A DNA stretch of 64,000 nucleotides from IMG/VR virus record IMGVR_UViG_3300027769_000875, positions 1 through 64,000 of that record; one strand, written 5' to 3'. A model generated the notes under the pieces. It was not told the origin of the DNA. It searched no databases and saw only the letters and a program-made list of their open reading frames with translations. Origin of the DNA: a virus. The position numbers were made by a program, and so were the translations under genes. Below are positions 27,345 to 37,700 of the stretch, in pieces (within the stretch, counting starts at the first letter, position 1; every line of letters begins with the position of its first letter).

Positions 27345-27838
27345 TTTCCTAGTGTTAATTTGTAAGTTATATAAAGAATGATAAATCCAAAAGTTATTCC
27401 ACCAAGAACAGCAAAGAAGTTAACCCACCAAGGAATGTATTTGATTTTTTCTGCAGGTAGTTTTTTAATTACCTCTCGTGTTTTTGTTATTATTGCGCCA
27501 GGTACTTTAATGTACTGAGTTTTTACAATAGCTGTTGATGTAAGTTTGTTATTCTTTAATGCATTTTTTAAACGAGCAATGTCTCCTTCTTTTTCAGAAA
27601 GTCGTTTAATAAAAACATTACCTAATGAATCACAGTATAAACTATCAACAACAACTGTTGTATCTCCTGGAACAGTTATAGTTGTATCGCGATATACAAT
27701 AACTGTGACTGTGCTATCTTTTGATGGGCATAAGGAACAATACTTGTCTAATTTTTTTTGCAAGCGTTTCTGTACGTCACAAGACGCAAACAAAAATAGT
27801 ATTACTGTAAGTAGTACAAAATATTTTTTCATATGCAA
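27326..27838 (-). CDS. Lipoprotein with C-terminal TM, putative unimolecular spanin
   Basis: MKKYFVLLTVILFLFAS-C lipobox, beta-rich middle, C-terminal WWVNFFAVLGGITFGFIILYITY. Confidence 0.6.
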   Translation of the reverse strand: MHMKKYFVLLTVILFLFASCDVQKRLQKKLDKYCSLCPSKDSTVTVIVYRDTTITVPGDTTVVVDSLYCDSLGNVFIKRLSEKEGDIARLKNALKNNKLTSTAIVKTQYIKVPGAIITKTREVIKKLPAEKIKYIPWWVNFFAVLGGITFGFIILYITYKLTLGKWTQRF

Positions 27839-27860
27839 AATTTTGTACTCTCACCTTCCT

Positions 27861-27868
27861 CAAATATA
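27861..27868 (-). promoter_or_regulatory. TATATTTG element upstream of the lysis cassette
   Basis: CAAATATA on + strand, 23 bp from the start codon. Confidence 0.5.
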
Positions 27869-28012
27869 AGATAACACAAATATCTGAAAAATACAGGAAT
27901 ATACGTACACATTTTAAAAGTTTTTTTGTTAATTACTATTGGTACAAAGATTATAATTTACGATCTTTGTTGCCTTTCCATTTTTATTTTTAACCTTTAT
28001 AAATCTTAAATT

Positions 28013-29920
28013 ATGACAGAAACAAAAACAGATTCTGCTGTTATTCCTTGGGGTCCAGTAGGTTATGTTACTTACAAAAGAACATACTCTAGACCAACCA
28101 AGAATGGTAAAACAGAAGAATGGCATGACACTATTGAGAGAGTAGTGGATGCATGTAAAAACCAATTAGAAGTTGGATTTACAAAAACAGAAGAGGATTC
28201 TTTGCGAAGAATCATGGCAAATCTTAAAGGCACAGTAGCAGGTAGATTTTTATGGCAACTAGGTACAAAGACCGTTGACAAATTAGGACTACCATCTTTG
28301 CAAAATTGTGCATTTGTAGTATGTGATGAACCTATCAGACCATTTACATGGGCATTTGAAATGCTTATGCTAGGGTCAGGCGTAGGATTTAACATTCAAC
28401 GTGAGCATGTTTATCAAATACCTAAAGTTCTTAAGAAAGTAAAGGTAGAACGCATGGACGTAAATGATGCTGATTTTATTGTACCTGATTCTAGAGAAGG
28501 TTGGGTTGAGCTTATGAGACGTGTTCTTGAAGCATCATTTGTTACAGGTCAAGGATTTACATATGCTTGCCATCTTATACGTTCAAAAGGTTCGCCAATC
28601 AAAGGATTTGGTGGTGTAGCATCTGGTCCACAAGATTTAGTGTGGGGTATTGGAGAGATTAACAACATTTTGAATAGCAGAGCAGGAAAAAGATTACGTT
28701 CTATTGATTGTTTGGACATCATGAATATCATTGGACGTATTGTAGTTGCAGGTAATGTAAGACGTTCAGCACAAATTGCACTTGGTGATTATGATGACTT
28801 TGATTTCTTACGTGCAAAACGTTGGGATTTGGGTAACATTCCTAACTGGCGTGCGATGAGTAACAACTCAGTTATTTGTGATGATACAACAAAATTACCA
28901 GAAGAGTTCTGGGAAGGTTATAAAGGTAATGGTGAACCGTATGGTTTAATAAACCTTGATGCTTCTCGCAGAATGGGTAGAGTTGGTGAGATTCAGTATC
29001 CTGATCCAGAGGTTATGGGATTCAATCCATGTGCAGAACAATCTTTGGCTAATTTTGAGACATGTTGTTTGGCAGAAATCTATTTACCAAACATTGAGTC
29101 TTATGAAGAACTGCTTGAGGTATCACGAGTACTGTATAGAATAAACAAACACTCATTGTCAATCAAATGTGCAATCAAAGAAACTGAAGATATTGTACAT
29201 AAAAATATGCGTATGGGTATTGGTGTAACAGGTTATCTTCAAGCTACTGATGAACAGCGTTCATGGTTATCAGATTGCTATACATATCTGCGTGCTTATG
29301 ATGCTGAGTACAGCAAAATAAAAGGATTCAATCCTTCTATCAAACTTACAACAGTTAAGCCTTCAGGTACATTGAGTTTACTTGCAGGTGTTACATCAGG
29401 CGCACATCCTGCTTATTCTCAATATTATATTCGTAGAATTAGAATGTCTTCTGACAGTCCAATTGTAAACGTATGTAGAAAGAATGGATACCCAGTAGAG
29501 TTCCAGCGTAATTTTGATGGGACTGAAGATCATAGTACTGCAATAGTATCTTTTCCTTGTAAATTTCCAAAACACACACTTCTTGCAAATGACATGACAG
29601 CAGTTGACCAACTTGAGGTAATCAAAAGATTGCAAACAGAATGGTCAGACAATGCTGTATCTGTTACTATTTACTATCGCAAGCATGAGTTAGATGAAAT
29701 TAAACAATGGCTTTCTGAGAATTACTTTAATGTCAAATCAGTTTCTTTCTTGTTGCACAATGATCATGGTTTTGATCAAGCGCCATTGGAAGAAATTACA
29801 GAAGACAAGTATTTAGAACTTTCAGCATCTGTTACGCCTATTGCATCATTTGATGACATAATCAATATTGATGACATAGACATTGCAGATTGCGATGGAG
29901 GAGCTTGTCCAGTTAGATAA
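28013..29920 (+). CDS. nrdJ: Class II (adenosylcobalamin-dependent) ribonucleotide reductase, monomeric type
   Basis: YKRTYSR, QNC, VAGNVRRSA, NPCAEQ, TTVKPSGT, C-terminal CDGGACPVR; no NrdB nearby. Confidence 0.88.
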   Translation: MTETKTDSAVIPWGPVGYVTYKRTYSRPTKNGKTEEWHDTIERVVDACKNQLEVGFTKTEEDSLRRIMANLKGTVAGRFLWQLGTKTVDKLGLPSLQNCAFVVCDEPIRPFTWAFEMLMLGSGVGFNIQREHVYQIPKVLKKVKVERMDVNDADFIVPDSREGWVELMRRVLEASFVTGQGFTYACHLIRSKGSPIKGFGGVASGPQDLVWGIGEINNILNSRAGKRLRSIDCLDIMNIIGRIVVAGNVRRSAQIALGDYDDFDFLRAKRWDLGNIPNWRAMSNNSVICDDTTKLPEEFWEGYKGNGEPYGLINLDASRRMGRVGEIQYPDPEVMGFNPCAEQSLANFETCCLAEIYLPNIESYEELLEVSRVLYRINKHSLSIKCAIKETEDIVHKNMRMGIGVTGYLQATDEQRSWLSDCYTYLRAYDAEYSKIKGFNPSIKLTTVKPSGTLSLLAGVTSGAHPAYSQYYIRRIRMSSDSPIVNVCRKNGYPVEFQRNFDGTEDHSTAIVSFPCKFPKHTLLANDMTAVDQLEVIKRLQTEWSDNAVSVTIYYRKHELDEIKQWLSENYFNVKSVSFLLHNDHGFDQAPLEEITEDKYLELSASVTPIASFDDIINIDDIDIADCDGGACPVR

Positions 29921-29926
29921 TCACAA

Positions 29927-29956
29927 AGGGCTGTGTAAAAGCAGCCCTATTTTTTT
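29927..29956 (+). terminator. Intrinsic terminator
   Basis: AGGGCTGT-GTAAAA-GCAGCCCT followed by ATTTTTTT. Confidence 0.85.
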
Positions 29957-29961
29957 ACATT

Positions 29962-30198
29962 ATGGAAGAACAACAAACCAAAATCAAAAGAAACATTTAC
30001 AGATTTTTTCATCCTGAATCAGGATCTAAATTAAACATCTGGGCAGCAACTGATGAAGAAGCTATGACAATATTTAGCACTATAGTTAAGAGTGTTATAC
30101 CATGGAAGTTAAGAAAACCAGCACCATCAAGTCAAAGACATAAAAAACGATTTGAGAAACGTGCCAATAACAAAGCTGATGGAAGTCCTGTGCATTGA
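29962..30198 (+). CDS. Hypothetical protein
   Basis: 78-aa ORF. Confidence 0.55.
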   Translation: MEEQQTKIKRNIYRFFHPESGSKLNIWAATDEEAMTIFSTIVKSVIPWKLRKPAPSSQRHKKRFEKRANNKADGSPVH

Positions 30199-30430
30199 TG
30201 CTGACAAATTACCTCTTGGCGCAAAGTTAGAAGAAGGAACCACCTATACAGTTGAGTCTGAATTTGTAAACAACTTTGACCAAAGAGTTTATATTATTAA
30301 AGGTATACCCAACAAAGGACGAACTAAATTTGGTTTACCCTGGATTGGATATAGAGCAAGTAGATTTGTTCCAATAACAGAACAATCTATATCTGTAAAA
30401 CAGAAAAAACAAGAACCAATACTTAATTAA
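30179..30430 (+). CDS. Hypothetical protein
   Basis: VLCIDA...L.EG..YTV...Y.ASRF; probable ATG at 30179. Confidence 0.6.
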   Translation: MEVLCIDADKLPLGAKLEEGTTYTVESEFVNNFDQRVYIIKGIPNKGRTKFGLPWIGYRASRFVPITEQSISVKQKKQEPILN

Positions 30431-30431
30431 C

Positions 30432-31037
30432 ATGAAAGAATTCTTTGATTATTTGGTTAAGCACAAGCTTAGCCCCAATGGCTTCTACGTGTTACATTCT
30501 GCTTTTAATGGTTATAGTCACACCAATTTTATAAATGTTCGCAGTGAGCAATATAGATTGGCATTATGTGATTATATGAAAGAAGTAGAAGGCACGTATG
30601 TGTTGACAACATTAGGTAAGGGTGTGTTAAGAAATGGCCAAAAGCTATTAGAAAAAGCACCTAAACCTAAAAAAGTACCATTTGAAGAATGGGAAGAAAA
30701 CATAGTAAGGTATAATGAATACTTTCCTAAAGGTAAACGTGCTGATTCTACTTATGCATATCGCACAAATCCTAAAGAACTTTATGAGAGATTCATTTGG
30801 TTCTTCAATGAGTACCCTGAATATACATGGGACTTAGTATTTCAAGCAATTGAGCAGTATGCAAATGTGTTTAAAGAGTCTGGTGATTATCAGTATATGC
30901 AAAATTCAAAGTACTTTATTAAAAAAGAGGATAAGAATAAGCAGGTGTCATCAAATCTTGGAACCATGTGCTGGAATATTCTTGAAGGAAATGACACTGA
31001 TATTACAAATGAAGGATTTCACTATTTTGGACCATGA
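30432..31037 (+). CDS. Conserved hypothetical protein, possibly DNA-binding (wHTH-like N-terminus)
   Basis: YVLTTLGK wing-like motif; YNEYFPKG...F.WFF.EYPEY.W...YMQNS.YFI.K. Confidence 0.65.
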   Translation: MKEFFDYLVKHKLSPNGFYVLHSAFNGYSHTNFINVRSEQYRLALCDYMKEVEGTYVLTTLGKGVLRNGQKLLEKAPKPKKVPFEEWEENIVRYNEYFPKGKRADSTYAYRTNPKELYERFIWFFNEYPEYTWDLVFQAIEQYANVFKESGDYQYMQNSKYFIKKEDKNKQVSSNLGTMCWNILEGNDTDITNEGFHYFGP

Positions 31038-31309
31038 GTATGCCTAACGTTGATTATCAACTGATACACAGTTTGATAAAAGAAGGATTAAGCATTAATG
31101 AGATACACGTAAGAACAGGAGTATCAGAATCATACTTGTGTAAAAACTATTCTTGCTTTTTTAAAAAACCTGAAGTCACCAAGCTAGGTCATAAAGATGA
31201 ACCTTATTACAAGACTGAAGCTCAAATGTTAGAAGAAAAAGTTTATACTTATGAAAGTCTTAGTCCTTCTGAGAAAGCAATTTATGATGAGATGGCAGGT
31301 GATAATTAA
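31034..31309 (+). CDS. Small HTH-like protein
   Basis: GLSINEIHVRTGVSESYL. Confidence 0.5.
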   Translation: MSMPNVDYQLIHSLIKEGLSINEIHVRTGVSESYLCKNYSCFFKKPEVTKLGHKDEPYYKTEAQMLEEKVYTYESLSPSEKAIYDEMAGDN

Positions 31310-31320
31310 CCTGCCATTTT
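31292..31320. terminator. Hairpin at convergent gene ends
   Basis: ATGGCAGGT-GATAATTA-ACCTGCCAT followed by TTT. Confidence 0.7.
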
Positions 31321-31474
31321 ATTGACCCTTAAGAGTTTGCAGCTCTTCATAAATTGCAATAAGCTGCGCTTCTTTTTGTGCAATTAGCTCTTCTTGAGTA
31401 GGTTCGTCAACTTCAATAAATACTACTTCAACAAGTCCATTATCATCGTAGATTTCATTTCTTACTTGTGCCAT
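31319..31474 (-). CDS. Small protein (51 aa), possible tail-fibre chaperone
   Basis: Hand translation MAQVRNEIYDDNGLVEVVFIEVDEPTQEELIAQKEAQLIAIYEELQTLKGQ. Confidence 0.65.
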   Translation of the reverse strand: MAQVRNEIYDDNGLVEVVFIEVDEPTQEELIAQKEAQLIAIYEELQTLKGQ

Positions 31475-31490
31475 AATTGTTGATTTGATG

Positions 31491-32150
31491 TTAAAGTTTT
31501 GTCATTCTTATTAACGGTGCTCCTTGGGTTTGAAATGAGTTTGGTGCTGCAACAGTAGGTGCACCACTGCTAAAAGTAACACCAACTTGTATCCAAGAAG
31601 TTATTGGATTTCCACCATTATTTCCTATTTGCATAAGCGCTGAATTAGCAATTGCAGTAACACTTGCCCCAGTTGAATTCATTTGCAATGCTAACCAGTA
31701 AACTGTTCCTTTTGTGAAAACAAAAGAAGATGATACAGTTTTTGAACCTGTAGTTGAAAAATCTAAATCAACACTTGAATATAATAAATTTTGAGGTGTT
31801 CCATTTACTGAACTACTATAAACAGCTATTCTTCCTAGAACTCCTGCAGATGCAGCTGTTAAATTTAATGTAAATGACCCACACGTAAAATCAGTATTTG
31901 GCACAAAAGGATTGTACCAAATTTGATTTGAAGAACTAATACTACTATTACTAGTAGTATTTAATGCAGCTGAAGTTGCAAATCCAAATATTCCCCAAAA
32001 AGGTATAGCTGCATGAAATCCAGATGCACCACCACCACTACCACCAGTGTATTGTGGTATATTTAAAGTATCATTTATCAGTGTAGCTGGACCACTAGAA
32101 CCTGTAGTAGTAAGATTTATTTTTTGTCCAATATTTATACTTGTACTCAT
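31491..32150 (-). CDS. Putative tail fibre/spike accessory protein
   Basis: LTTTGSSGPATL..TLNIPQY motif, Gly linker, Ser/Thr-rich beta domain. Confidence 0.6.
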   Translation of the reverse strand: MSTSINIGQKINLTTTGSSGPATLINDTLNIPQYTGGSGGGASGFHAAIPFWGIFGFATSAALNTTSNSSISSSNQIWYNPFVPNTDFTCGSFTLNLTAASAGVLGRIAVYSSSVNGTPQNLLYSSVDLDFSTTGSKTVSSSFVFTKGTVYWLALQMNSTGASVTAIANSALMQIGNNGGNPITSWIQVGVTFSSGAPTVAAPNSFQTQGAPLIRMTKL

Positions 32151-32320
32151 TACGCTTTTTTTTCAACAACCACTTCTTCAGTTGGTATGATTTCAACTAA
32201 CTCATTAACTTTATTGATGGCCTGAACAATAGTTGATGCATCGCTCAAGCTAAATACTCCTGCTTTTGCAGATGCCTCAAGTGCTTGAACTAAGACTTGA
32301 ATTGCTTGATCCTTATTCAT
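32150..32320 (-). CDS. Small helical protein (56 aa)
   Basis: Hand translation MNKDQAIQVLVQALEASAKAGVFSLSDASTIVQAINKVNELVEIIPTEEVVVEKKA; coupled on both sides. Confidence 0.65.
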   Translation of the reverse strand: MNKDQAIQVLVQALEASAKAGVFSLSDASTIVQAINKVNELVEIIPTEEVVVEKKA

Positions 32321-32519
32321 TGATAATAGTATTAATTTGTTCTGTTTGCTTTGCTGTTAAAGCTGACGCAAACCATTCTTTATTCATCATAATACGCAGA
32401 TGCTCAACATTTCTTTCTATTGTTACTGCATCATCTTCATTACGATTGATTAAATCAACGCTGTCAAATGCAGCGGATACGCTTTGAGCTACTTGCTCTT
32501 GTGTCATTTCTGTTCCCAT
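32313..32519 (-). CDS. Putative tail-fibre assembly chaperone
   Basis: SAAFDSVDLIN...IERNVEHLRIM..KEW; directly downstream of the fibre gene. Confidence 0.55.
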   Translation of the reverse strand: MGTEMTQEQVAQSVSAAFDSVDLINRNEDDAVTIERNVEHLRIMMNKEWFASALTAKQTEQINTIINE

Positions 32520-32521
32520 GA

Positions 32522-34057
32522 TTATGCTAATAAAATTTTGTAATCTGTACCATTTATTTTTACAGACCAAGTTTTTGTACTTGATAAAGATTCTGTTGTT
32601 ACTGTTCCTGCATTAATACCTGCTGATCCTACAACAAATTGATTTCCAGCAGTTGCTGTCGCACCTCTACCAATAATAACACAACCGCTAAAATTACCAG
32701 TGTTCGTATCATTACCAATTACTGTGTTACTTCCACCAGTGGTATTGGCAGCACCTGAATAAGTTCCAATAAATATATTTCTAATTCCTGTTGTATTTGC
32801 TGCTCCAGCCTGATATCCAAAAAAATTATTATCAGTACCAGTTGTGGTATTTTCACCTGCCAAGTATCCCAATGCCACATTTATAGCTCCAGTAGTTAAT
32901 CTGTACATTGCATAATTTCCAACAGCAGTATTTTGAAATCCAGTAGTGCTTGTTCTGAGAGTAGCAGTTCCGATGCCTACATTATCACTAGAAGTAGTTA
33001 TACCACCTAAAGCATCTACACCTAAAGCTACGTTATATCCACCAGTTGTACAAGCATCTAAGGCTCCTTGTCCAATTGCTGTATTTTGTGTTCCAGTTGT
33101 GATAAGAGATGCAGAACCATGTCCAACTGCTGTATTTTGGCCACCAGTAGTTAAGGCGCTTAAACTATTGTATCCAACAGCTACATTTGACGTTGCTGTA
33201 GTTAAAGCATCTAAAGTGTCATTTCCAATTGCAGTATTGTATCCACCAGAAGTAGCTAATTTTAAAGCATTTCTACCAACTGCTACGTTAAATTGTGCGT
33301 ATGTAAGTGAATACAGCGACTGATATCCAATAGCAGTATTGGAATCACCACCTAAACATCCCCTTAATGCACCATCACCAAAGGACGTATTTGTTAAAAC
33401 GTTTCCTTTTCCATTATTCCAAACAGTAAGATCAGTTGCATTTGTCTCTACCCATGCAGGAAGACCAGATGCTGGTTTGTTTTTCCACAAAGCTGTTGAC
33501 GATTCATAAGTCAAAACATCATTGTTTGCAAGAGTTCCAGAAGATATTAAAACATCATGTAATTCGTTTAGCTCATAACCATTCTGTATAGCATACAAGA
33601 TGCGACCATTACCATTCTGACTGCGAGTAACAGTACCTATGAATACAGTATGTGCTGGTTGTACTGGTGGTGTTGTGGTCACTTGACCTGCTGTCTGGCT
33701 TAGCCATAGCTTACTACCTATGCTGTACATAGATGTATCTAAGTTATCAACTTCTCCACTGGTAACCACATAGCCTGTTGCGTTGTTAGCTATAGTCTCA
33801 TACACTGCACCAAGGGTCTTACTACTTGTTGGCTCTGTATCTGCATCAGCTAAGAGTATCTCTGGGTGTGTGCCACTTGATGAGGTAGACTTAAGATATA
33901 CAATACTCCCCTCTAGTATTGGTGAGCCTGTCTTGTTGATAACATCAACCATCTCCTTTGATGCACTCAGAACAATGCCAATATCTTGAGGATCATATAC
34001 TGATTTAAGCATGTCACCACTACCAGAACCACCACTAAGTTGTATAAAAGTGCTCAT
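32522..34057 (-). CDS. Tail fibre/adhesin with YadA-head-like beta-roll repeats
   Basis: Many 14-aa repeats N(T/V)A(I/V)G..(A/S)L...TT(G/A); Gly/Thr/Asn rich. Confidence 0.75.
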   Translation of the reverse strand: MSTFIQLSGGSGSGDMLKSVYDPQDIGIVLSASKEMVDVINKTGSPILEGSIVYLKSTSSSGTHPEILLADADTEPTSSKTLGAVYETIANNATGYVVTSGEVDNLDTSMYSIGSKLWLSQTAGQVTTTPPVQPAHTVFIGTVTRSQNGNGRILYAIQNGYELNELHDVLISSGTLANNDVLTYESSTALWKNKPASGLPAWVETNATDLTVWNNGKGNVLTNTSFGDGALRGCLGGDSNTAIGYQSLYSLTYAQFNVAVGRNALKLATSGGYNTAIGNDTLDALTTATSNVAVGYNSLSALTTGGQNTAVGHGSASLITTGTQNTAIGQGALDACTTGGYNVALGVDALGGITTSSDNVGIGTATLRTSTTGFQNTAVGNYAMYRLTTGAINVALGYLAGENTTTGTDNNFFGYQAGAANTTGIRNIFIGTYSGAANTTGGSNTVIGNDTNTGNFSGCVIIGRGATATAGNQFVVGSAGINAGTVTTESLSSTKTWSVKINGTDYKILLA

Positions 34058-34061
34058 TTAT

Positions 34062-34634
34062 TTATGCGTTATAAGTGATAATTAAATATGCCCCAGGATA
34101 ACTAACTGTGTCATAAGCAAATATACCACTAGGATAAGTATTTAAAACTGAGCCAGCATCCATATTTATACTTGTATTTGGTGGTATATCTACATATGTA
34201 ATACCAGAGTCAAAGGACACTAATGCTTTAGCTGTACCAATATTTGCAAACGATACTGAATAGATAACTTCAGATATACTACCAGTTGTGTTATTAGATT
34301 TTATGATAGTTGGATTTATTGAAATACCTGTAGCAGGTCCAGGTGCAGGAGCAGTGGGTGTACCAATTATTCCTGTTTGCTCAACGTACCATTTTTCCCA
34401 ATCTACTTGAGTATATGGAGTGCCAGTTTCATCTAAAATGTCGCCATTATCAATACTTAAGTTATAAAAAGGTTGAACTTGTGCTTGTTCTCTGTAGAAA
34501 ATGATGTCATATACCGCATCATTTAGATTTTGTTTTTTTACAAGAACATTTGATGATGATTCTTCAAATACTGTTTCACTATCATTATCAACAACAAATA
34601 TATAATTTGATGCTTTATAAACTCTATATGCCAT
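34062..34634 (-). CDS. Putative structural protein
   Basis: First gene of the fibre operon; Pro/Ala linker between two domains. Confidence 0.6.
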   Translation of the reverse strand: MAYRVYKASNYIFVVDNDSETVFEESSSNVLVKKQNLNDAVYDIIFYREQAQVQPFYNLSIDNGDILDETGTPYTQVDWEKWYVEQTGIIGTPTAPAPGPATGISINPTIIKSNNTTGSISEVIYSVSFANIGTAKALVSFDSGITYVDIPPNTSINMDAGSVLNTYPSGIFAYDTVSYPGAYLIITYNA

Positions 34635-34701
34635 TTTGGTTAATTTAAAATGTTAAAATACTCTCATTAATAATATAAAAAGAATTATGCAATAATCAAA
34701 A

Positions 34702-37700
34702 TTACTGATTACGTTTGAGAACGTCAATTCTATAATTAGGATCAAACATATCTCTAAAGTTTTTGATACCAGTAAGGTCAACAATATCTTTTACAATTTT
34801 TGCGTCACCCTTTTCATATGCTCCTGATTTTCTAGAATAGAATGCATCTTTCCAAATAGATTGATACAATTCACTATCATAGTCAGGATCTGCTTCTTCA
34901 CCACCATTCATTGTCATTGCCATACCATACTTGATACCATGATTTAGCATTTTAATAGTAGCTGAAAATTCCCGCACAAATGGAATTGCTGTAGTAAAAT
35001 TCTTAACGTATTCCTGAGAACCTTGTCCAACAGGGAACATTGATACAGTTTCACCCTTTGTACCCCAGATGACCCTAATAGCATTACCTTCAAGCATGCT
35101 GAGTTCCTCATCATCATCATCTCTACGTTTAACAAATGATAGCAACATCATACTGATGATAGTTAATAGTGTCATTGCTATTGCATCTCGTCTTGCATGG
35201 TGTACACGTTTTGCATAGAAGTCACCAACATCCTCTGTTCGTATAACTTTACCTGTCTTAGGGTCTTTGATTACATAAGTTTTTAAACCGCCAGACATTC
35301 CCATCTTAGAAAGAGTATTTGAACCTACCAAAAATTCTTTCATTGTATTTCCTACGCCAAACAACCTCATTGATCTTGCAAATGCTCTCCAGTATCCTAA
35401 TGCCATCTCTGATCCTTCCCAGTTAGGACGTAAGTATCCAAATCTGTTTAAGAATTGTGGAACTAAGAACTTTCTAAAGAAGAATACCATTTTCCCAAGT
35501 ATTCTACTTTCAAATTCTGTTTGGTCATTTCCTGCATAGTTACCTTGTGCTCTACGCATTTCTGAATAGATAATGTTTCTTACACGTTTTTCATCTTCCT
35601 TTGTATAGTTTACATCCTTTCTAATTGCAAGATTACCATTAGCATCTTTATAATAGGCTTGATGTGCAGGTATCATAACAATATTCCCACTAGCATCTCG
35701 CTTAAAAGTTTTTTCACCAGTAACAGGATCAATAGATTCTATTTCCTCAAATCTATAGTTATCCATAACTGCATACATTACTGTAACTGCAATTTCTGTA
35801 TCACCTTTATCTTGAAGCATGTATCCTAGCTCCCCAACCTGAGTAAGCTTTTCTGCCATTCTTCTTTTTCTTGAACCAGAAGAGTTTTGAAAATATTTAA
35901 TAATGTCCTTTTGCGCAGGATTCATCATTCTGTAAAGCATCGTGCTTTCACTTAAGTCAGAAAGTCTACCCCAGTCTTTTAAATAATTTGCTAGAAATCC
36001 ACTATAACCATATACTTTACCTTTTGCAAATAACCAGTTTCTTTTACTATAATGATCACTGTCATTACCACCAGCAGCAAGAAACGCTTGAACATTACCT
36101 GAAGTGTAGTTTTTTGTTTGGTTCACAACATCAAATCCAATTCTGATGAAACTAGTATACTTGAAGAAAGAGTCTACTACTTTCTTCATTTTTCTACTTG
36201 CTTCCTGAGTACTTTCAGTAATACCATATAAGTACTTACCATTTTCAAACTCAATGATCTTCAAAAGGTTATCTATTTCACCAAGCTTTGTTTCAATATC
36301 AATTTTTGTTTTTTCTCCAGTCTGTGGATCTGTTACATAGATTTCACCTTTCAAACGATCTTTTGCTAACTGATTACGTTGAAGTCTGAGAAATTCAATA
36401 AATCCTTTTGACACAGGAGCTACTTCTTGCATTGCAATATTCATGTGTGCTTCAGTGGTCCATTTCATAAATGACCCAACTGCATCAGTAGATTGTATTT
36501 CTTCATCAAGTTGATTAGAAAAACGCATACGTATACGAGCACCAATGTCACCATAGATATTCTCTGACATGTCCTGCTGACCTTCAGCTTTCAAATGTTT
36601 ATCTACAAACGCATTATACTGCTTTGCAAAACCTCTACCAAATCCTTCATTTGCTATACTCTCAACAAGACTAGCAGCAAAACCAGGAACAGTATAACCA
36701 ATTGTTCTACCTTCAATACGCTTTTGCATGCCAAAGAAAGTATCCATCATTGAATTGTAGAACTCAAACATCTGAGGATTCCTCAACAAGTCAAGATATT
36801 TAGCATTGATATTTTTTGTTGGAGCTTTGCCAGGATCAATAACAAAATGTCCTTCATCTGATACTATGATTTCTTTTGGAAGAGGAATACCATCATTACC
36901 TTTAATAAATGCAGGGTTATATGCACCTCTTTCAATTAAAAGTCTACCTGATATATTTAACTCAGTTACCTCTTCAGGATTTTCTTGCAATGCTTCAATT
37001 TCTGAATTGCTAAGTTTTCTACCATCTAATGTCCAATTACCAATACGCAAACGTTTAAGTTTATAGTATTTAGGATTAGGTACAGTTTCCATATATTTGT
37101 CAGCAACAGTGGAAGATGGAAGTCTTTCAAAGTTAAATGACTTAGGAACCTTGTTTGCTTTTATGTCATATCCAGTTGCAATACTTTGGTATTTATTGTA
37201 GTGAGTTTTCTCATACCAATTTCTAAAAGAATTTTCAACCTCACCAAATCTACGTACAGAAAATATGACATTGTTTTCTGCTTCCTCTATTTCCTCTGCA
37301 ACACCTTTTGTTCTTGCAACAGCCAAGTTAGATTGAGCATTATTCATCTCATTGAATGCAGTTTGTAATAGTCTGTACTGTGTGTCAAACTCTTCAATAT
37401 AGTTAGGGTTCAATTGAAATGAAACAAGTTTTCTAATCTCAGCAGATATTTCTGCTACCTTCTTGCGATCTTCTTTGTCAAGTGTACTCTTTTCTGTTTT
37501 CTTACCTTCAATGATATCTTCAATCTCAGCTTCAATTCCATCTAATTCTGAAATCTCTTCATCAGTAAGATACTTTGGATTAAAACGTCCTGCATTTTTA
37601 TAAGGACCCATAATCTTTTTCTTCCTATCTATAAGCTCTTTGATTGTAGGATCACTAGAAACTATTTCTGATCTTTGGTCATAAAGTTCATTGAGTTGGT

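Noticed and set aside
22938-29920. Inteins or introns in PolB or RNR
   Set aside because: Both have normal length and contiguous motifs, with no intein-like C...HN insertions.
31491-34057. Diversity-generating retroelement targeting tail fibres
   Set aside because: No reverse transcriptase and no template/variable repeat pair seen in this window.
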